Shown here: positions 47,501 through 61,236 of the stretch, piece by piece
Layout: each line of letters starts with the position of its first letter
Position numbering within the stretch: the stretch's first letter is position 1
Assembly: GCF_902459465.1 (NCBI RefSeq)
Contig: NC_047071.1
Coordinates: 2,976,001-3,040,000, forward strand
Direction of reading: 5' to 3'
Source of the DNA: Asterias rubens
Taxonomy: Eukaryota
DNA: 64,000 nt
Notes under the pieces: model-generated
Database searches by the model: none
Told to the model about the DNA's origin: nothing
The model's input: the letters and a program-made list of their open reading frames with translations, nothing else
Position numbers and translations under genes: made by a program

Positions 47501-50500
47501 CAACACCCTTAGCCACAGCCGTAACCGTAGCCCACAATTTGGATACGACTACACTCTTTGATTATCCCCGAGTGCATCATGAGATTATGGAGGATGCAGG
47601 AATATGAAGTAGTTTTCAAAACTAATGTTATTATCCCTTTCAAAATGTTTAATCACTCAAGTCACTTCACGCTGTTATGACAACGTTTTGCAAACAATAT
47701 TTATTTCAACCTTTGAACTTGTTGAAAACAAACTCTCTGAAATCTTACCATAGCACCCTCCAGAAGCTTCAGTGCCCTATGATGAGACAACAAAAAAGAA
47801 TACAGGATGGTTAAAAAGAGGTTTAAAAAAAAATCAGAATGTAATAGTACTAAAGCACAGTATACATGAGCACTAGAACAACAGCTATGTTACAATGGGA
47901 CATGTGATTAGCATAAATTTGAATGTGTTTTGGTACCTGCCAAAAAACGGGGGAAAAAAAACATGTATAACGAACATGAGTTTATATTAGATGTCAATGG
48001 CTCTTTTCGAAACCCTCGCTTTTTTTCTCTTTTTTTTATAGCTGTGTGACGCGAGCGTTGGGCACTGACAAGTCTCACGCCAGGAGTTAGTCAACTGTGT
48101 ATTCAATCACCCCCTGGGGACGAGGTTGAGCAATGATACTTACATTGTGTATGAGTTGATGGCACCAGAGTAATCTTTCCTGGAGTACAGTTCATTCCCT
48201 CGCTCCCTCTTCTTGTCTCTTCAAGTAAACATTGAACAATAATGGTTTTTAAAACTTCACTGGCAGACATGGGGATGGTTAGGGTTAATATTTTGAGAAG
48301 TTATCCTTTGGTATAGATTTGTAGTAAAGCAATCATGAGAAAAAGAGGCTGAAAATAGGACATGTTATATTCACATCCGTACATAGTATGCCTTTGAGAC
48401 TTTGAAATGGGAAAAGCTGAGCTCCCTCAACTTACCAAGAAATTATGTTTAAAGGCAGTGGACACTATTGGTAATTACTCAAAATAATTATTAGCGTAAA
48501 ACCTTACTTGGTAACGAGTAATGGGGAGAGGTTGATGGTATAAATCATTGTGAGAAACGGCTCCCTCTGAAGTGATGTAGTTTTCAAGAAAGAAGTAATT
48601 GTCGAGACCTCAAGTTTAGAATTTGAGGTCTCAAAATCAAGCATCTGAAAGCACACAACTTCGTGTGACAAGGGTGTTTTTTCTTTCATTATTATCTCGC
48701 AACTTCGACGACCGATTGAGCTCAAATTTTCACAGGTTGGTTATTTTATGCATATGTTGAGATACACCAAGTGAGAAGACTGGTCTTTGACAATTACCAA
48801 TAGTGTCCACTGTCTTTAATAGAAACCAAAGTTTCGCCAAAATGTCATGCTGATTACTATACTGAGAATAAAACGAAGCTTTTCTTACGCCACTGAGCAC
48901 AGATCAACTCCACTCATCTCCTCTAGATCTGGAGCTTCTTCAACTTTCAACAACTCCAGCTCATAAGTAATATCTGCATTGGGCGGAATGTCTGGTGTCC
49001 TGAAACAAGATTCAATTCAATCATTTAATCTCTGCACTCACAATAAGAATAGTCAGAATGTCTTTGTTTTAATTAACTATTTATTTGTTTATTTATTTAT
49101 TTGCTATTTGCTTGTCTAACCTCTGGTTTTGGTTTTGTAAATTGTGCTTTGTGTATACAGATTATTTATATTGATATTTATTTCAAATTATTATTATTTT
49201 CCAAAGAGAGTATTTTATATAGTGTGCTTGCTCCCTATGTGACTGGATTAACAGGCTTTCGAGCTACAGTGTTTAACTATAAATACTTTTGTTGATCCTG
49301 GCCATCACATTAGGGTTGTTTTATAATTTCCTGTGCCCTTACCGTTTTTCTTGCTTTGTATCTACTTTTGTACATGTACTTATATTATCTATTTGACATA
49401 CTGTCTGCCTGTATTTTTAATTGTTTAATGGCCAAATAAAGAATAACAATAAGAATAAGAATCATATCTATGGACAAAAATATATTTAAGTACAATGCAA
49501 GCAAAGAGTAAACATGGCAATGATAATGATCCTTGAAAATAACAATAATATTGACTTCTTATATAGCGCACGTACCAAACAAGGTACTCAAGGCGCTGAG
49601 TATAATATACAAACTTCCAGAAAGATAGGATATTGCAGTGATTAATTCTGACACCCTATTATGTAGCACCTTATAAGGGTTTACAAGGTGCCACGGCCCA
49701 TACAGCAGCCACAGCCAGGAATAGAATAATGTAAGATGGGAGTATTGAAGCTGTTTTAATAAGCTGAGGCTTGTGGATGACAAAAAAGTCCAAATAATTA
49801 CATGAATCGTTTTTGTCAGATTTTTGAGGGGTGGTGTCTGTTTACAAATGCTGCGGCCAGAGATACAGTTGGTACCTGCTGTCACCTCGCTAAACGTGAA
49901 TGGATTCATAGATCTTATAAAAATACTGTTAACAGATTTTTGCCGTTTTCTCAGCAAGCAAACAACTTCCACAAGTGACCCTCATTGTATCTTTCTTGAT
50001 AATTTTGCCAGTATATCTTGGTTATATGTTGACCAAACCAATCTTTGATCCTACATAATTAAATGCATTTTAGAATGTGTCAGGAAGCTTTTTCTCAAGT
50101 TGTCTCTTGTATAAAAATTTTGCTTCCAGTAAACAATTTGATCTACAACTACACGCCCTGCATTCTTGTAGATCTCTCCCCCCCCCCAAAAAAAAAAACA
50201 CCCCAAAACAAATACAGGGAGCACACTTTGCCTCTAACTAAGGCCGTGTCCGAAACGACGACTTCGGCTACAGCTACGTCTAGATCAGCGCGTCTACCAG
50301 TGTTGAAGAATAGGCAGACGCGCGCGATCTAGCCGTAGCTGTAGCCGAAGTCGCCGTTTTGGACTTGGCCTAAAGAACACAGAATCAGTTTAGTTTGAAA
50401 TCCTCCAAACGGCACTTTGAAAAAGCCAACAAAAGGGAAACGTCTCTACCTTCCATTTTCACCGTAAGCAAAGCGTGGAGTTGTCTTGAGGACAGCAACT

Positions 50501-51785
50501 TCACCAAGTTCCATCAGAGAAAGACACAACTCCCATGCTGAAAAGTCAACCAAATAAAAAAAAAAAAAACATTTACTAAAGCAGCAGAAAACTTTCTGGC
50601 TGGTCAGGGATGAGCTGTCAAGTACACTGGACTCAAGCTCTAGTGTTTATGATCTGGGCCCAATTTCATGGCTCTGCTTCCGCCGAATTCTGCGCTTACG
50701 ATCACGATCAACCGCTTACGTGCAAGCGCCGAATTTCTGCGCTAGCCTTGTAAGCCTAGAATGCCTAGTAACGGGGAGTACGCCGCTAACCCGTGAACTA
50801 CGCTTGCGTAAGCGCCGATTCTGTGCTACGGTAAGCAGAGCCATGAAATTGGGCCCAGCAGAGTGTGGGCTCGAGTCCTGGGCTTTACTCAATAAAACAC
50901 TAAGACTCACATTAAAATGAGTTGTCTGTATCACTGTAGTGATTTGAATTGTGACTTGACATTTTGCTTAGCTATTAAGATTGATACACAGGTAAGATCA
51001 ATCTTAACTCTTGGTGAAATCGGCCCCTGGTCTTGAAACTTGTAATCCTAACCATGTCTTCATTGTGTGTTTGAAAACACAGGAATTCGATGGAGGATTA
51101 TAAGGGGAGGGGGGTACTTCTTTACCAGAGGAAAATAGTGTGTTAAAATATCGGACATGGGGGGGGACACGGGATGATACATGTACCATCTGTTCGATAT
51201 CGGGATCAAAAACATTTAAGACTCAGATCCTGACTCAATGGACTTTAACACAAAACACTTCAAGTCTGGGCAGAATGATTTCTACCTACCACTCACTACG
51301 TCTCCTTCTCCGAGAACAAAGGTGATGCTCTCATGACAATCGACCTCTGACCCATCGTCCAATGCCCCTTTACTTCTCAAGGTCACTAGTTCACCCCTCT
51401 GAGGTCGAGTGGCTGCCCCCTGGCCCGCCTTCAACAGTTTCTTCTTCAGCGCTCCGTTACCAAGCACATCCATCCATTCAGGATCCTCCTGCTTTGTAGT
51501 CGCTGAGTCACTGTCATTTACTGGAGATGTTTTCTTATTTGCGTCTTCCGTTCTTCCGATTTCTTCAATGTTTGTCGCTGATTTTGGTTTTGAGTCTATC
51601 AGCTCAGGCATGTCGCTATCATCGTCATCATCATCATCATCTGGGTTTTCATGATCGTCACTGTGACCATTTGGGGTATCTTGTTTATTTTCATCACCAT
51701 GATGATGATCTTCTGTCTTAGAGATGCTCATTGGGTCGTCTGCATCACTACCTCCGAGCTGTGAGTCTACTTTCTCTTCCTCCAT
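44594..51785 (-). CDS. FKBP8: FKBP8/FKBP38 peptidyl-prolyl isomerase (acidic N-terminus, FKBP domain, TPRs, C-terminal membrane anchor)
   Basis: EWMDVLGNGALKKK...LGEGDV, DIPPNADITYELELL, KKRERGNELY, KCFNNLAAAQLK, NVKALFRKGK and a hydrophobic tail WLVVTLSIVVVIIAIAAAI. Exons: 51785-51290, 50537-50450, 48999-48889, 48218-48144, 47776-47749, 46796-46713, 46438-46349, 45982-45905, 45437-45309, 44689-44594. Confidence 0.93.
44780..45158 (-). mobile_element. Small element of two ~120-bp direct repeats flanking a tRNA-like Pol III cassette
   Basis: 44780-44899 is nearly identical to 45038-45158. The middle section has A/B boxes and a partial cloverleaf. Degenerate relatives lie at about 7397-7690, 6505-6580 and 38845-38880. 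Confidence 0.75.
48453..48815. mobile_element. TTAA-TSD MITE family B (FKBP8 intron)
   Basis: TIRs AGGCAGTGGACACTATTGGTAATT / AATTACCAATAGTGTCCACTGTCT with TTAA flanks. Confidence 0.85.
50241..50370. mobile_element. MITE with TAA TSD (Harbinger-like)
   Basis: TAA|GGCCGTGTCC...GGACTTGGCC|TAA with long internal inverted repeats. Confidence 0.75.
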
Positions 51786-53630
51786 CTTTGTGACAGGTTT
51801 TACCTAAATATAAAATTAAAAAAAAAAATCAGTTTTTAGTCAGTGAACGGTTGTCAACTACACTCTATCGGAATGCTCAAATGCTATCAATTTGGAGAGT
51901 GTGTAAAGGTAGGGTCATTCTTTGGTAAAGACCCCTACTCAAAAAAGTGTGCAGTTTTTTTCTTCAAAAGCCTACGTACTTATTTACTCTTCTCATTAAC
52001 GGCCTTAAGGTTATCATTAGGTTGTGGTTTAAATAAAAGTACTTTCGGGTTGAACGAAGCAAATTTTACAAAAGCAGCATTTGACTTGGGTCCAGATTAC
52101 TCCTCCTCTAGGTAGAACTATGAAGTTCGGAAGTTTGTTCCGCTATCGTCTTCGTGGAGACCTATAATAATGACTGTGTGATATGTTGCATTCGGTCCCA
52201 CTACACTATTCCTTTCTCCAAAGTCCAAGTACAATCTATCTATCGGATAACTTTCCGTATGGCGCCACCACTTTTTCACTCATTTTTACAAAAAGGGATA
52301 TATCAATCAGGTAAATTAGATACTATATTATTTTATTTCGAATGAAAAAGTGGTGGCGCCATACGGAAACTTTTCCATTTACCAAATCATACTCACGCCA
52401 ACATGCAGCATGTGCAGTCAGGACTCGACGAATGTTTTTCCCTTAGCTAAAATCTATTTCCTTTTTACAGGTACTACACGGGTACGAGCTCTGCAAAATA
52501 AACAAAGGTCCACAAAAGGTCAAAAGTGTCGGGACGGTAGTCTAGCGCCCTCACGTGGATTATATTTTAAATACAGGTATGGCACAATATATTATATATT
52601 TTTCTTTCTGTAACTTAATTCTTAAATAACTATGCTTTGTCCACAATATCAACGAGTATTTATTAAAACTTAATTATTGTGTAGTTTCTTTGGAATTAAT
52701 TATTTTATTCGGAGCAATGTCTATTTATTAAAGTTGCGGGGGGGGGGGGAGGAGGTGGCAGTGTGTTCAGGAGGGCGACACAGATGATGGATGAGTCAGT
52801 TCATGAAATGTTGTCTTCTTCTTTTTCAGGATACGGTTACGTGGTTCGCTAGTCGTGTCATTTGCTTTAATTGACAACAAGTAAGTATCTCTCAAGTTCT
52901 TTAACGTTCAACTTCAAATTGTAAGTGTATCCCTTATGTAGTAATAGTAAGCCACAATATATTATTATAAATAGTACATTTCAGTTTAATCAAAGTTGTA
53001 TTGTAATAATTACTAAATTAATTTAATTAATTGGTGTTTGTAGCACTCATCAGACTCGGCCTCGATAGCAGAGTCAGTCAGTCGGGTCAGTCAATCATCA
53101 TGTCAGTTTTGGTTTGCGGGCACTTTAAAGTTTAAAGCCCACATTTATCATGGATGTTGTTGGGCTGTCTTTAGTCGTACTCTTTTGGCTCTCTTTCATT
53201 CATATATAATATTATTATTATTAATAACACTAACACTAACAGCTAAATACTAAATAGCAAAAAAGACTGGTGGGCTAGCCAACTCTAACTAACTCAATGA
53301 CTCCTAAAGTAAAAGAAAACATAAAAAAAATAAAAATAAAACTTATTTAAAATACTACTAGACCATTTGGCATTAATTAAATTTCGGACTTACATGTATA
53401 TGCTTACAAAAATCCTGGTGAGCCTCAAATCAGGAAAATGTACGAGGGTCGTAGTTAACTTGTTTATACTATCCCCTATATAGCGTGAAGTAAAACTGTA
53501 AAATGTTTTTAAAATAGAAAGCATTTGAATGTTGACATACTAAAACTTGACTCACCCACTTAAAATGTTAAATAATTTCTCTTGCAGGAAGTCACGATCT
53601 ACATTTGTAGGCCTACGGCCGGGTTACAAA

Positions 53631-55931
53631 ATGGATGAACTTATGGAGCCATTCTACCTCCAACACAGCAGTTGGATGAAACGACCACACCTACAAACAG
53701 TACCTTTGCTTGTTACATTTCTGCTGTGTATCGTCACAACAACTTGGGGGCAAGTATAAGAAATGTTTTAATTGATGGAACAGGCTTTGCTACTAGACCC
53801 ATTAACTGGGGCACTACAGACTTTTTTTGCGATATGACAGATGCTTTACACAGGGCTAAAATTATACACTGGACTGCATGCCTGATGAGGCCAGTGATTT
53901 TAACGCTGTGTTTTTAAGACGTACATGTACTTCTAACTAGCTCTCACAATTTTCACAAGCCTGCATAATTCTGGTCCAGTCACACTTTGAGCCCTGATTT
54001 ACATGGCATAATTTTGTGGTAAATATCACACTCAAACCGGCCTCAGGGCCCAATTTCATAAAGCCTGTACGAACAGAAACTTGTTTTAAAGCACGAGGGG
54101 AAAACAAAGTTACCATTCAGAATTTCATAGAGTTTACAATAACTCGAGCTTTGCTAAGCAAATTTCGCAGTGTTTCCTGATTAACATGAACAGCTTTATG
54201 AAATTGGCCCTGAACACTTGGGACTATTTTCCTTTCGATTAAGCAACATTTTTCTTCTTAATCAGCTGTTTAAAATTTGATTTTTAACGAACACTCTTAC
54301 CTTTCATTGCAGAGATGATTTGAACAATGTCGGCGGTGATATAGCGGAAAAAGTATTGAATGAAGTTTTGGGTGACAATGATGTGAAGTTATTGGATACT
54401 GACAACAAGTCGTATGGAGACGGTGTTCCGTGCTGGAAGACAGAAACCTTTACCACACAAGGCCCTTGCCTGGCCTGTGACAAAATAGCTATGGTATGTA
54501 CAGCATGCAGTGTTGAAGTTTGTAAAGTTTGTTTTTTTTGTTTTTTTCTAGAACGTTGTATATTATTCAAAGCTCTAGAAAATAAAAACACAAACTCTGC
54601 AAACTTCAAGTATTTATATTAAAGATTTGGTTTCCTAAAGTCGTTAGGTCTTTGCAAGACTTGCACCAGGCCTCCGATAACCCACAACACCCACAGCAGT
54701 TGCCCTGTGCTTTTGCTATGGTGCCCTATGCAAGGGGCCTGTAAGAATTTTCCTTATAGAAGTGCCCCTTACCAGTAGAGGAAAGTTGCTGTGCCCCAAG
54801 CTTCAAGAGCGAAGTTCAAGTATGTTGCACAGTCTGTAAACTTCTGTTATCGTTTGATGGATTTGATATTCTTCACTACGATTGTTTTACAATCCTGCTA
54901 CCAATGTTAATCATTTCTTATTCAATTCAATTCAAATTTCTAGTCCGCATTTATTTCATACTAGTACTTTTTTCAAGGTATACATGTATACAAAATATTA
55001 CACAGACAAGCAAAATATTAAGCACAGAGATGAATGGAAAGAGACTATCTATGTATACCAAAAGAAAGAGAGCATGCGGCTGTCAAATTAAGCCAAGGCT
55101 TGTAGAAGACAACCTAGACAGAAAAACAATGAGACAAAACAAACAGGTCACAAGAAAGCATTAAAAAAACCTGGCTTGCAATGAAAAATGTCACATTTTA
55201 ATTTACCATTATTTACAAAATGTGTGTACTTTTGAAAGTTCTAATTTCATAAGATTGGATTTATGTTTTTGTTTTGTCCCCTAGCAATATGCGAGTTACT
55301 GCTGTGGTGAAACGGGATTCCGTCAACTTGTTCAATGTCAAGCATCTAATTTTAGAATTTATAAAAGGTATGGTTTTTTTTATTGAATAAGTTTTTAAAA
55401 TTATTTTGGGGGTGTTAGACTTCATGATAAATATCACAGCTACCAACCACTTTTGATAAATATTGTTAGCGATGCAGGTACATCAGTAGTGTACCTGACA
55501 TTGACTTTGAACATAAAATTTGATTGTACGTGTACTTGCAATTTGATATAAAACGTTCACTGTTACCCTCCTACTGTTTGACCCTTTAATATCATCCACA
55601 TGGTTTGATTGATAGCTTTCCTATTCTAGCCTGCAATATGATACCACTTTTTGTGTGCATCTAATTTGTACATTTTGTACTTTCCATTCACTCAAATAAC
55701 CCATCACATGGTTCATCCATCTTTTCTCTTTTATCCATTCATTTGTTTCTCGCGTTTATCTCTTGCAGTTGTCCCAAGACCAAGTGGGCCTTGGAGAAGA
55801 GTTTCTGGACATTTGAGGGAATTATTCTAGCGATATGGATCGTGTCTTTCCTCGTTGTTTCCCTTCGGAGGCGGTTCTTGGATTGGGAGGCTCTTCAAAG
55901 AGTAAGAAAACAAATCGCAAACTCTGTCTGA
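53631..55931 (+). CDS. JTB: Jumping translocation breakpoint protein (JTB) orthologue
   Basis: Signal-peptide-like MKRPHLQTVPLLVTFLLCIVTTTWG, Cys-rich PCWKTETF...CLAC...CGETGFRQLVQC...SC, FWTFEG plus a TM segment, and C-terminal RRFLDWEALQRVRKQI. Exons: 53631 (or 53643/53676)-53749, 54313-54493, 55285-55367, 55769-55931. The first coding intron is GC-AG. Confidence 0.9.
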
Positions 55932-56132
55932 TAGATCGATCAGACCAAGAGACTAAGAAATACTATAATTTGAACTAACTACAAGTAGCCGACTCAAATT
56001 GAAGGGATTTCTTCAAAGAGTTAGGAAACAAATAGCAAACTCTGTCTGATAGACAACAAATAAAGGAGAGCGTTAGTGGACTAAGACAACCTACTTTATG
56101 AACTACAAGTAGCTGATTCGAATTGAAGGGAT
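55892..56132 (+). repeat. Tandem duplication of JTB terminal codons plus proximal 3' UTR
   Basis: 55892-56008 is repeated at 56010-56132, including LQRVRKQIANSV* and the AACTACAAGTAGC..ATTGAAGGGAT UTR block. Confidence 0.9.
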
Positions 56133-58122
56133 GGATCGAGCCTGAACATCTGAAGTCACACTTTGAGGCTCGTGAGTAGCGCCAGATACCACCAGCCTTG
56201 AGCATCTGGCGGGATCCTGCCAGATTAACCTTTGACCTTGCATCCCCACACGTTACAAACATTGTACACACGCAGCAGATAATGCATGCATGCATTTCAA
56301 ATATTTAGATTTTGGAAAATTTGTGAAATATAAATTAAACATATTTTGTTTCATGACAAGTTCTAAAATGGATTATTTTCTCAGGGTGAATCCGAATTTC
56401 AATAACTAAAACACACGTATGCAAGTCTGGAATTTCATCTACAGGCGGCCAAGGCCAAAATAGGAAAAATTCCCATAGGAAAATCTCAACTTCTGTGGGA
56501 GGCTTTGGCCTCAGTACAGAAACAAGTTAGTGGGGGCTCACTTAAATACCCAGCCGTCGATTTCACAAAACTCTTCCCAACTTAAGACTAATCTTAGGAC
56601 TTAGGACGAGTCCCAACCCTGCACTGTAAACATGTGGTTGCAGAAAAATACTGCTTAACAAATTTCTTTGCTAAGTAAATACTTAGTGGGGCATCAGTCA
56701 CAACAATGTAAACTTAATGTAATTTATTTTTGGCTGGTAACCTGTTTCTGTTAGCTTTTCCGTGCTAAGCAAGTTTTATGTCACCCCCAAGAAGATGGTT
56801 GGACATAGGACATGCTTCTCAAATTTGCAGGAAGCTGCCAGTATTTTAATTGGAAAGTTTCCAAAACCCAAGAGATATGGTGGGCACAAGAGGGCACTAT
56901 TATGTATTCGGTTTGGGTAGTAAATCTGCTTGTATACCATGTGCATGTAAACACCCAAATCGAACAGTCAAAAAGGCTTATGGAGAAGTGTTTTTATGTA
57001 ATTTATTAAGTCTGTATTTGGGAAATATATATATTTGTGATAAATTAATATAAAGAGATCTTTGGATGTAAATATTACATTGTATGTTATTGTATATTGG
57101 ACCCTGAAATGGGATTTTAATAAACTGATATCTTGACTTTCATGGGAACAATTTTCTATGACAAACCAAAATGTTTTGACTTTGAATTGTGATGAATGCC
57201 ATCAAGTGCACCACCAGAGAGTCTGAGACGTTAAAAATAATTACAGTGTATCACAAGTAATTGAGGCTCCAAACCATTACACAACAGTGCAGGCATGATA
57301 TTCTCCTACTTAATTTAGTACGATTTCCAATTTGTTTGCCTACCCAAAAAATATTAAATAGCCTGAAAGCTTATACATGCACCATGTCCCCAAAATTGTT
57401 TATGAGGAAAATAAACAAATTTTGAGAGGAAATATTTCATAAAAATGAGACTTTACAACACTAGAATGAGCTGAACAAGGTTAAGAGAAGATCTACTCAT
57501 TCTTAATGTGCAATAAGTGTACTTCGATACTTGACAGAACTGAAGGATAACTATCACATTCATATTATCACATTCAGTATTTTTCACAAAGATACATTAC
57601 ACAGTAACGTGTTTTCTTCAATTGCAAAACACAAGACCACCAAGCTTATCCTGTCATGAGGTAAATGGCCCGACGCTAAAATCTCTGGAAACTACACTAG
57701 TTGCAGCACCCTCTATGTTTTACTCATCACAAACGAGTACACTAGCAGTTTACATAGAGATCTAAACATTTGTTGTGCGTACGCACAAAAACATGGTCTT
57801 GAAACTTGGAACCACGACTAGGGGCAAGGTTGCCTCCACTCAGTACCGGGCCCCTAATACTCAAGGGCAATATCAAATACAAGCAGAACAACACTACACA
57901 CAAGAATAACCACAAAAACAACTCTGATCTTAGTTGATATTCTGTTTTTATTGATCAACCATTACCTGCGCAAGATTTTGATATATGAGAATGTACTGAA
58001 AGTTTTCAATCATAATTCACCCCTTCCCAATTTGACTGGAACTTGTTTACCCCCGATGAAGCATCCCTCGTCCATTTGATGATGATGTGATACTCAGTTG
58101 AGTACAGCTGATGCAAGATGAC

Positions 58123-61210
<3,088 letters not shown>

Positions 61211-61227
61211 CTTGATTCGTCAGCCAT

Positions 61228-61236
61228 GAAAGAGGC
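61228..61236 (-). promoter_or_regulatory. TCT initiator / 5' TOP motif of RPS17
   Basis: Minus-strand GCCTCTTTC about 24 nt upstream of the ATG, matching the ribosomal-protein TCT/TOP start. Confidence 0.75.

Noticed and set aside
56175-56210. SECIS or other structured element in the JTB 3' UTR
   Set aside because: An 8-bp hairpin is present, but there is no TGAN/NGAN quartet with AA loop and no in-frame Sec codon in JTB.
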